From positions 111,290,001 through 111,354,000 of the forward strand of contig OX597816.1 in the NCBI GenBank assembly GCA_951406725.2: DNA of 64,000 bases, given 5' to 3'. This DNA is from Octopus vulgaris. Taxonomy: Eukaryota. A program made the translations under genes and the position numbers. The notes beneath the pieces were generated by a model, which had not been told where the DNA came from, made no database searches, and was given only the letters and a program-made list of their open reading frames with translations. How positions within the stretch are numbered: position 1 is the first letter of the stretch; each line of letters starts with the position of its first letter. Shown here piece after piece: positions 53,162 to 62,634 of this stretch.

Positions 53162-53953
53162 ATGGAGGCAGATAACCCTTATTTATTCCCCTATTACCGA
53201 TCTAAAAGTAAATATAACACCTTCAAAAGTAATTACGCTATGAATACTAGTAAAAATATTTGGTTAATAATTCCTTACGGGAGACAAATTAAATCTAATC
53301 TCCCACTGCTGTTTCGTCAAGCTATTGCTAGGAATTTTCCAAATAATTCTAGATATTACTCTATAATTAATTCACATAAGGTTAGGATAGGTTTTTCAAA
53401 CACAAAAAATCTCTTGCAAATTATATCTTCTCATAATAACAAACTGTTAAATATTAATACATTTACTAATACTAACATTAATTTAGCTACTACCATCCAA
53501 CCCTCTAGAAATATTAATAACAAGGTTATTGTATCTGAAGTCAATCCCAATAGAATTAAATTTATGTCAAGTAACTCTAAGATTAAAAATTCTATATACC
53601 AGTGTATAATCAGTACTCGTAATAAAGTACGATTTTACATTGGAAGCACATCGTTAGAGTTATCTAAGAGAATTTCTATCCATTACTCAACATTTAGGGA
53701 TAGAAATAAACGGAATAGTACCGGTCTCAGCAATCTGATTTGGAATTTAAAAGACCACAATGAACAATTTCATTTGGAATGGTTGATCCTCTCAATTTCG
53801 ATACCATATGACAAAGGCAAGAAATTCTGTCTTCTCTGCAATTCTGAGCTATTTTTCATTATTTTTTCTAAAAATACTCTAGTAAACACGGTTATAGAAC
53901 GAGCATACAGATGTAAGCATTGGCAAAAACATACTTTTAGTGCATATAAGTAG
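53162..53953 (+). CDS. PLE C-terminal linker + GIY-YIG endonuclease (Naiad-like), no RT domain
   Basis: Uninterrupted 263-aa ORF: IWLIIPYG..IISSHNNKLL linker, SIYQ..FYIGST (GIY-YIG), KRISIH, STGLSNLIWNLKD, CLLCNSE, CKH. Expression unproven. Confidence 0.75.
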   Translation: MEADNPYLFPYYRSKSKYNTFKSNYAMNTSKNIWLIIPYGRQIKSNLPLLFRQAIARNFPNNSRYYSIINSHKVRIGFSNTKNLLQIISSHNNKLLNINTFTNTNINLATTIQPSRNINNKVIVSEVNPNRIKFMSSNSKIKNSIYQCIISTRNKVRFYIGSTSLELSKRISIHYSTFRDRNKRNSTGLSNLIWNLKDHNEQFHLEWLILSISIPYDKGKKFCLLCNSELFFIIFSKNTLVNTVIERAYRCKHWQKHTFSAYK

Positions 53954-54154
53954 TCTCTATCATTATATATAGTTTAGACTTTAATTTCCTTTATATTTAA
54001 TATTCACTATTAATATCCCTACTCTTTCTGTTAGCTACTTATGACGTTATATCATATAACGTTTTTTTAAACAATATCAATAGCGTTCTGTCTATCGCTA
54101 TACGAATCCATCATTTTTTGCTAAAATGTCGTATTGACAAGTTTCGTTTTTTCA

Positions 54155-54239
54155 CTTTCCCGAAGAGAAGATTGCATTGTTTATACCTTTTATTCTTTTG
54201 AATAAGTATCAGTGGAATTTTTGAAACATATGTAGAAAG
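54155..54239 (+). ncRNA. Type I hammerhead ribozyme of the PLE pseudo-LTR
   Basis: ctttc CCGAAGA gaagattgcattg..cagtggaattttt GAAAC ATAT GTA gaaag: 5-bp stem I, long stem II, palindromic ATAT loop III, U4>C. Confidence 0.75.
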
Positions 54240-54299
54240 AAAACATACTTGTTTAAACCTGCGTTGACTCCATTTTTTATTCCTATATATATATATATA

Positions 54300-54478
54300 T
54301 ACATATACACACAATACACACACACACACATACAATGAGCTTCTTTTTGCTTCCATCACAAGGTTTTGGTCACCCCCAACGTTATAGTAGAAGTCACTTG
54401 TCCAAAGTTTCATGCACTGGAGATGAACCTCGTACCATCTTACTGGGAAACAAACTTTAAATGACACAGACACACTTG
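54300..54478 (-). mobile_element. SINE family B 5' half (split by the PLE insertion)
   Basis: gagcttcttt..cacaaggttttggtc..tatagtagaagtcacttgtccaa is the reverse complement of the family B head/CORE. Confidence 0.7.
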
Positions 54479-55483
54479 TCCCTAAGCGTTTAACCTTCAT
54501 GTTGATCAGACCTATAACAAAAGGAATTTTATCCATGGCCATCTCATCATTTCAGATGATGAATGTATCTCAGGTTGAATTATGCAATATGCCTTTTAAA
54601 ATTTAAAGATGCAAGAATTTGAATTGAGAAAGAGTAGACTACTATTTATTGCAGGTCAAACACTTAACTAAATTATTTCTCAATAGTTATTTCCCTTGCT
54701 GCAAAGATTTACTCAAGATGTGCAGGAATTCCATTTTCTCACACAGAAATGAAAATTTAAGCTGTATTTAGCATCAGTTTAGTTGTGTAGCATGGAAAAA
54801 AATAATTTATCAAAACATTGATGTAATGTATAGCATTTAAGTAGTTGGAGATCATTTTAAATGGTAATTACTTGACCTCATGTAAACATGTGAGATTTAA
54901 ATATTTGCAAATTATATGGCAAAGGGTGTGTACATATGAGATACTTAACTCCTTATAATCATGGAGAGATGTAAGAATATAGCAATGTGGGATATTTAAG
55001 TGGAAATATATGAAGCATTTATTGCTATGTAATCACAAGGTATTAGAGATATCAGCAGCTCAACCAACAAACTTCTTAATGTATTTGGTGCTTAAAGTAT
55101 TGGACAGATCAGATCATGTACAGTTAGCATTTCATTTGTCATTGGATATCTCACATTAATCACTGCTTTTGTGACACACAATCTGGAAAACGTGGTAATT
55201 CTATATTAGAATAAAGCGATTTCACTTAACAATCACCAGAAATGGCAGAAGTTTCCTTAGCTAGAAACTAAGTGCTAATGAATCTTACACTATCACACAA
55301 GTACATCTCATAAATACATGTTAAATTTAAGAAAAGCATCAGCACACTTATAAAAGTGCATTATCTTCAGTAATTTTACAGAGAAAGGACAATAACAATT
55401 GAAGGCTTTTGAAGTTTAATTAGAATCAAAAATATTTTAACCCTGTGAAGTGTTTCATTTTATATTATGCTTATATATATATA

Positions 55484-55669
55484 GGCACAGGAGTGGCTGT
55501 GTGGTAAGTAGCTTGCTTACCAACTACATGGTTCCGGGTTCAGTCCCACTGCATGGCACCTTGGGCAAGTGTATTCTATTCTAGCCTCAGGCCGACCAAA
55601 GCCTTGTGAGGGGATTTGGTAGACGGAAACTGAAAGAAGCCTGTCATATATATGCATATATACACACAG

Positions 55670-55737
<68 letters not shown>

Positions 55738-55955
55738 CTGTGTGTATTTGTGTGTCTGTGTTTGTCTGCCCAACATCGCTTGACAACCGATGCTGGTGTG
55801 TTTGCGTCCCCGTAACTTAGCAGTGCAGCAAAAGAGAGCAATAGAATAAGTACTAGGCTTACAAAGAATAAGTCCTGGGGTCGATTTGCTCAACTAAAGG
55901 TAGTGCTCTAGTATGGCCACAGTCAAATGACTGAAACAAGTAAAAGAGCAAAGAG
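55484..55955 (+). mobile_element. SINE family B
   Basis: Full-length copy with a compound (CA)n(TA)n(TG)n centre. Confidence 0.9.
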
Positions 55956-56799
55956 TATATATATATATATATAATTATGAATATCATTGCTTATATATCT
56001 CAGATTATAAAATTCTACAATCATTTATATTCTAAATGATATTCAACAGTGGGTGGTGGTGAACGATTATCTTCCTGCTCATAACTTCAATAAATTCTTA
56101 CATCCTGGTTGAATGCCATGTATCTTTTCTTATTCTCAACCAATTTAACCTACATTTCTCTTGAACTTAGTCGAAGTACATGCACCTTTTCTTGACATTT
56201 CCATTGCTTTTTCCACTTAATCTCTGAACCAAATATCACTTCAGTGACAACGTCTATCCATGAGTTAGTTCCTTAACCTTCAACATTTTCCGATCTATAT
56301 TAACTACATCAATTGTATTCAATCATCAAAATTCAACTACAAAAATCTCCAGTATATTGCATGATGGTATTCTTCAAATATTCAATCAAAAATGAGAGCA
56401 AATGAACTGTCTTATTCTGTTCTGCTTTGCAAATAATATCAATAAATTTGTCTAACATCAATTAATTTAGAATATTAAGTGTATGAAGTATATATACACC
56501 TGTATATACTTCCCATCCGTAGACTGTTTCTAATTATATGTTATATAGGATGTGTACTTCAAGGCAATATTTACATGTTGGCTGTAGAAAAGTAAGCAAT
56601 ATAACCTCAAGGAACAGTGCTTAGACCTAGGTTGTGTTATTTGCTTATTTCCTTCTAAATAACATCTACTAGCAAAATCTCAATTACACAAGTACAGGGT
56701 GTCTAAATTCTCTGGTGTGTTGACATATTGTCAGCAGTTAGCTTTACACACACACATACTCATGAGACACACATACACACATATACTCATGTATAGGTG

Positions 56800-57097
<298 letters not shown>

Positions 57098-57098
57098 T

Positions 57099-57325
57099 AG
57101 GGCGGCGAACTGGCAGAGACATTAGCACGCCGGGCGAAGTGCTTCGCGGTATTTCGCCCGTCGCTACGTTCTGAGTTCAAATTGTGCCGAGGTCGACTTT
57201 GCCTTTCATCCTTTCGGGGGTCGATTAAATAAGTACCAGTTGTGCACTGGGGTCGATATAATCGACTTAATCCCTTTGTCTATCCTAGTTTGTCCCCTCT
57301 TGCTCCGTGTGGGCAATAAAGAAAT
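57099..57325 (+). mobile_element. SINE family A monomer with Tx1-like tail
   Basis: gggcggcgaactggcaga..tttgtcccctct..tgtgggcaataaagaaat; CpGs largely retained. Confidence 0.88.
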
Positions 57326-57358
57326 ATATTTTAAAATATTGATATTTTAGATTGAAGT

Positions 57359-57401
57359 CCACCTGAAGATTGTCGATCAAGACAAGAAACGATTGTAGTG
57401 G
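57359..57401 (+). ncRNA. Minimal type I hammerhead ribozyme (solo PLE pseudo-LTR)
   Basis: ccac CTGAAGA ttgtc gatcaa gacaa GAAAC GATT GTA gtgg: intact core, perfect stems I and II. Confidence 0.8.
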
Positions 57402-57499
57402 CGGTTTTTTTGACTATTTTTTGACTATTTATTAAAATTTTATGTATTGATTAAGTCTTTCCTTGTTTGTTTTGCAAAATAGTGGTTTTGTCTCTAATA

Positions 57500-57554
<55 letters not shown>

Positions 57555-57556
<2 letters not shown>

Positions 57557-57761
57557 TCATTCAATATGTGACTGCGTGTGCATTGTTGGCGATTTTCTTT
57601 CTCTGTTTTCCCTTCCTTGGCCCTTTACTTTTTCTATGTTTCTGATGAGGATCTCTGGTCAAAACGTTAAATCTTCCTTCTTTCTTTCCTTTCCTGAGCG
57701 TCCAATAACACTATAATTGTTCCACATCCTCACGTTGTTGTGTTTTTATGTTTGGATTAAC

Positions 57762-57762
<1 letters not shown>
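57555..57762 (+). mobile_element. Solo PLE pseudo-LTR between (TA)n tracts, with degenerate hammerhead
   Basis: gttt CTGATGA g gatc tct ggtc AAAA CG TT aaat at 57638-57672. Confidence 0.55.
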
Positions 57763-57793
<31 letters not shown>

Positions 57794-57797
57794 CGTG

Positions 57798-57981
57798 TAA
57801 TTTAGAGAAAAACCTCTATTAAACAATTCAATAATGAAATATGTTATTCACACCATATAGAAAACATACTATAAAAACCTTATTCTAAAAATCAATGAAT
57901 TACAATAAATATTATTTTCTATATGGTGTGAATAACATCTTTCATTATTGAATTGCTTAATAGAGGTTTTTCTCTAAATTA
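57798..57981. repeat. Inverted repeat, 67-bp arms, 50-nt spacer
   Basis: 57798-57864 vs 57915-57981, two mismatches by eye. Confidence 0.9.
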
Positions 57982-57994
57982 TATACATATACGT

Positions 57995-58391
57995 AGGAGT
58001 GGCTGTGTGGTAAGTAACTTGTGTACCAACCACATGGTTCTGGGTTCAGCCCCACTGCGTGGCAGCTTGGGCAAGTGTCTTCTACTATAGCGTCAGGCCG
58101 ACCAAAGCCTTGTGAGTGGATTTGGTAGATGGAAACTGAAAGAAGCCCGTCGTATATATGTATATGTATATATGTATGTGTGTGTATATGTTTGTGTGTC
58201 TGCGTTTGTCCCCCCAACATCGCTTGACAACCGATGGTGGTGTGTTTACATCCCCGTAACTTAGTGGTTCGGCAAAAGAGACCGATAGAATAAGTACTAG
58301 GCTTACAAAGAATGAGTCCTGGGGTCGATTTGCACGACTAAAAGGCGGTGCTCCAGCATGGCCACAGTCAAATGACAGAAACAAGTAAAAA
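57995..58391 (+). mobile_element. SINE family B
   Basis: Full-length, near-consensus copy. Confidence 0.9.
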
Positions 58392-58482
58392 GTATATACT
58401 ATATATTGTGAAATTTTATTTAAAATTGTTAAATTGAATTTTTCCCTGTAAATTTTGAATTATATTCCCTACTATTATTATT

Positions 58483-58517
<35 letters not shown>

Positions 58518-58583
58518 GGTCCCGGGTTGATTCGGGGTTAACCACAGTAAATAAGGTACTCAATACATAGCAGAGTAAAATTA

Positions 58584-58709
58584 ATTTATTATATAGAAGG
58601 AGCTTCTACAGGACTAGAACTGTTTCATTCAAGAGAAATCTTCAGGAAGCTTCCTGAAGATTTCTCTTGAATGAAACAGTTCTAGTCCTGTAGAAGCTCC
58701 TTCTATATA

Positions 58710-58715
<6 letters not shown>
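58584..58715. repeat. Perfect 132-bp spacer-less palindrome containing two hammerhead ribozymes
   Basis: Axis at AAG|CTT (58649/58650); arms pair base for base out to 58584 and 58715. Confidence 0.95.
58648..58698 (+). ncRNA. Type I hammerhead ribozyme (mirror copy at 58601-58651, minus strand)
   Basis: agcttc CTGAAGA tttc tctt gaat GAAA CAG ttctagtc CTG TA gaagct: intact core, 6-bp stem I, 4-bp stem III. Confidence 0.8.
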
Positions 58716-58748
<33 letters not shown>

Positions 58749-60145
58749 TATATACACATTTGTGTGTGTGTTTGTGTCTATGTTTGTCCCCCACCACTAT
58801 TTGATGACTGGTATTGGTATGTTTACATTCCCATAACTTAGCAGGCTTTAAAGAAAAAAATGTACTGGGGGTTAATTTGTTCCACTAAAATACTTCATGG
58901 TGGTGCTCTAGCATGCCTGCAGTCTAGTAACTGAAAAATTAAAAGGTTATAAAGCTAAACAGGTGTGTGTGTGTATGTGTGCGTACCAAGCTAACTGAAA
59001 GCAAGCTACACATCATGAAGTAAATGTAACCATTGTGTGGATAATTACTTCATATACAGAGGTTCTTGTAGGAATTTCTTATTGCTGATTATTCTTGATC
59101 ATGTCTCTTAGAAGAAAACTACAGCAAAGAGGTAACTCTTCAAAGTTTCATTCAATCACTCTTGTAGCAGCTGCTTTTTGTTGTGAGCATGCATTTCCCA
59201 GTTTCAGAATTTAAATTAAGTGTTCTCCAATCTAAAAACAGTATAGAATTTTTTAATTTGTTGGAGGATATTTAGCTTATTATATTGATTACATTTAGGT
59301 ACTACACAGACTTGGCATCTTTGAGATGACAGAAGCTCTAGTTATTTAATTGAAAACTACTTATTCTAATTCTCACGGAGGTTTTTTTTTCCAGGTTTAT
59401 TCTTTATTTCAATATATTGTAAATGCTTATTAGAGCGGTATACGTATGTCAGCATATATTGTTTCATTTAATGAACAGCATTACTTAGTATGCACATGTC
59501 ATTAAGTGGCAAAAGCTGATTAGATGACACTAATATAATTTCAATCAATCAACTTCCATGTTAAACCTATTACTTATTGACATTCTGCCCCATAACTAAA
59601 TTTACTTTGATGTCTTAAACTAATTAGAAACTAATCCTAACATTTAATTGCAGACTTGAAGTATGCAGCTTAGTTTTATTGTACAATCATCATAATCAGG
59701 AAAGGAAGGCAACAATGAAAATAAAATAAATATGAACCTATATTTAGGAAGGTAAGTCTTTACAAAGACCATAAAAGTACAGATAAATACACAGTTGATC
59801 AAGTTCTCTGAGTTAACCCTTGGAGACCTGACAATTATAGAGTAGTGCTTAAAAAAACAAATCTGGATAAGCAAGCTCTCCAAACCAAATATTATGTCTT
59901 AATCAGTCTTGGTTGAAGCTGGCATGTAAATAACGAAAGGGGAAATGATTGCATTCACAGAGGTTGTAACATAACTGAACAAGATTGTATTGATTACAGC
60001 TTGCTTGGAAAACATATCTAAGTGGGAGCGCTTATAGCATGAGTATGTATTATATCTATATATGTTAAACATGAATGTCTGAGTGCATATACTCACACAT
60101 ACACACATACATATATATTGATGTACTTATGTGCACACGAGTGAG

Positions 60146-60215
<70 letters not shown>

Positions 60216-60216
60216 T

Positions 60217-60533
60217 AGGTGCAAACATGGCACTGTGGTAAGAAGCTTGCTTCCCAACCACATGGTTCGGGGTTCAGTTCCACCACATGGCACCTTGGGC
60301 AAGTGTCTTCTGCTATAGCCTCAGGCTGACCAAAGACTTATAAGTGGATTTGGTAGAAGGAAACTAAAAGAAGCCCGTCGTATGTGTGTGTGTATTTATG
60401 TGTGTGTATCTTTGTGTTTGTGTTTGTTCCCATAACTTAGCAGTTCACCAAAAGAGCCCAATAGAATAAGCACCAAGCTTAAAACAAATGTAATAAGTCT
60501 TGGCATTGATTTGTTTGACTAAAAGGTGGTGCT
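60217..60533 (+). mobile_element. SINE family B, internally deleted
   Basis: Head, CORE-like domain and partial tail align to family B. Confidence 0.8.
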
Positions 60534-60573
60534 ACATACAAATACACACGCACACACATATATATGTATGAGA

Positions 60574-60760
60574 AGGCATGTGGCTTGGTGGCTAGGGTGT
60601 TTGGTTCATGATTGTTAGGATGTTTGTTAGTTCAATTCCTGGTAGCCCATTGTGTCACTTTATTTCTCATTGCTCCAGTCCACTCAGCTGGCAAAAATGA
60701 GATGTACCTGTAGTTCAAAGGATCAGTCTTGTTATTCTCTGTGCCACACTGAATCTCCCT
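60574..60760 (+). mobile_element. A different tRNA-derived SINE fragment
   Basis: A-box-like tggcttggtgg and B-box-like agttcaattcc, then ttgctccagtccactcagctgg. Confidence 0.5.
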
Positions 60761-60994
60761 GGTGATAGTGATGGTGGTGGTGGTGGTGGTGGTTTTGGTG
60801 GTGGTGCTGGTGCTGGTGGTAGTGGTGGTGCTGGTGGCAGTGATGGCAACAGCAGCAGTGGTGCTAGCAGTAGCGATGGTGAAGATGTTGGTTAGTGGTA
60901 GTTGGAAGAGGAATTCTCTGAAAGCTCTTCTACAGTTAGTTCTTGTTGTTGTTTTGTTGCTTTCTGTAAGACTGAGAGCTTCAAGAAGTACAAT

Positions 60995-61094
60995 GTAATA
61001 ACAATAATAATAATAACAACAATAACAGCAGCAGCAACAGCAGCAACAACTACAACAACAACGACAACAACAACAACAACAATAATAATAATAA

Positions 61095-61125
<31 letters not shown>

Positions 61126-61177
61126 AAGAAGAAGAAGAAGAAGAAGAAGAATGATAATAGTAATAATAATAATAATA

Positions 61178-61218
<41 letters not shown>

Positions 61219-61222
61219 AATT

Positions 61223-61253
<31 letters not shown>

Positions 61254-61261
61254 TTATAATA

Positions 61262-61322
<61 letters not shown>
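60995..61322. repeat. Compound trinucleotide microsatellite (TAA/CAG/CAA/GAA/GAT/TTA)
   Basis: Seen directly; immediately precedes the R4-like element. Confidence 0.95.
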
Positions 61323-61323
<1 letters not shown>

Positions 61324-62042
61324 TGGAAATGATGTAAGATCCAGAACAGGAAGAAAGATGAAGAGAAAATTTGGATCCTCACGAAGAGAAGAACTGATAT
61401 CAATAAAAGAAACGCTGAAACAAAAAGTCCAAGCAAAAGCCCAAAGAATACGAAGATTTGAGAAGAGAAACAAATTTTACAAGCAAAATAAGCTGTTCAC
61501 ATCCAATGCCAAAAAATTCTACAGAGAAATAGGGAAGGAGAAAGTAACCGTTAAAGACCCCCCTCCCATGGAAGAAGTTCAAAACTTTTGGAAAAGGATT
61601 TGGAGTGACAAGAAGACGTACAACATAAATGCAGACTGGATTATACAAACTGAAGGATCCTACCAAAATTTACAACAACATCACAATAGCAGACCTAAGA
61701 AAGGCACTCACGAAGGCCCATAATTGGAAATCTCCCGGTAAAGATAGGGTGCCAAATTTCTGGCTCGCATCGCTCCCATGCGCACACGGTAAGCTAGTTC
61801 AGCTGCTTAATGGAATTATGAGAGACCCAAAGAAAACACCTGAATGGTTAGCAAGTGGCATTACTTACCTACTCCCAAAGAATAACGAAACCAACCTTCC
61901 AAAAAACTATCGGCCTATAACCTGTCTATCCACCACGTATAAAATCCTAACATCTATCCTGGCGGAGAAAACATATGCATTCATGGAGAAGAACGATATT
62001 TTCCCCATTGAACAAAAAGTGTGCCGCCGAGGCTCTTACGGA
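61323..62042 (+). mobile_element. R4/Dong-like LINE (pre-RT region and first RT motifs), interrupted by an LTR element
   Basis: ORFs 61358-61723 and 61629-62171: QNKLF..KKFYREI, NWKSPGKDRVPNFWL, GITYLLPK..NYRPITCLSTTYKILT, EQKVCRRGSYG. Confidence 0.9.
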
Positions 62043-62634
62043 TGTGAAACGAACTTGTGCGAGTGTTTATCTATCTTGTACTTTCGGGGTACAAGAAAGC
62101 AATCACTCACTAGCCGTTGCTTTAATAATCCAGAATCTCTGCCAGTCAGAAACAACAGGACGCAGACGTGAAATATATATAACTACTTTATTCTCTTTCT
62201 TGGTAACAATAACAATAAGTGTGTTATCCGATGTCCTTGATTCTGGGCGCGCAAGGCTGAAAGTTAATAGATTGTAATATTTACAATGTCCAGCCGCTAA
62301 ACCAGAACGGATTCAAGATGGCGTCGAACAATGGAGACGATGTTGGTCTGCAACAATTTTGGTTAAAAGTCTTCGGCCAAAGGACTGCTAGAATCAGTTC
62401 GAACGGAGAGAAAAAATGCCTGACCGCCGCCTTCAATCGCTGGGTCCCAAGTCCCCGATGACTGCTGCTAGTGGTCAAACGTTCTACGATCCCCCTGCCT
62501 TGGCCAGGGTCGTGCTTCCGGTGGTTCGCGCATGCGCGAGAGGGGCCTTCCTTTCTGTGCCTTGGTAAAGGCACCAACACGCGCGAAATACAAATGGACG
62601 GTGCGCGAGCGCGCACCGTTATAGGATCACTACA
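62043..62634 (-). mobile_element. 3' LTR (~592 bp) of an LTR retrotransposon
   Basis: On the minus strand, purine tract tggaggggagcc (62635-62646) directly precedes TGTAG; the segment ends TTTCACA at 62043, with AATAAA at ~62187-62192. It cuts the LINE RT abruptly. Confidence 0.75.

Larger units (their letters stand above)
51697..54286. mobile_element. Palindromic, RT-less Penelope-like element (GIY-YIG + hammerhead pseudo-LTR) inserted in (TA)n
   Basis: Arms 51845-53052 and 53081-54286 are near-identical reverse complements with a 28-nt spacer; (TA)n on both sides. Confidence 0.92.

Noticed and set aside
53954-54150. Possible SECIS element downstream of the Naiad-like ORF
   Set aside because: Hairpins exist (acgttatat-c-atataacgt), but there is no AUGA/GA quartet with apical AA and the ORF has no in-frame UGA.
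56140-56215. APFLDISI, a possible PLE RT motif remnant
   Set aside because: A single short motif amid stops; too weak to call without a search.
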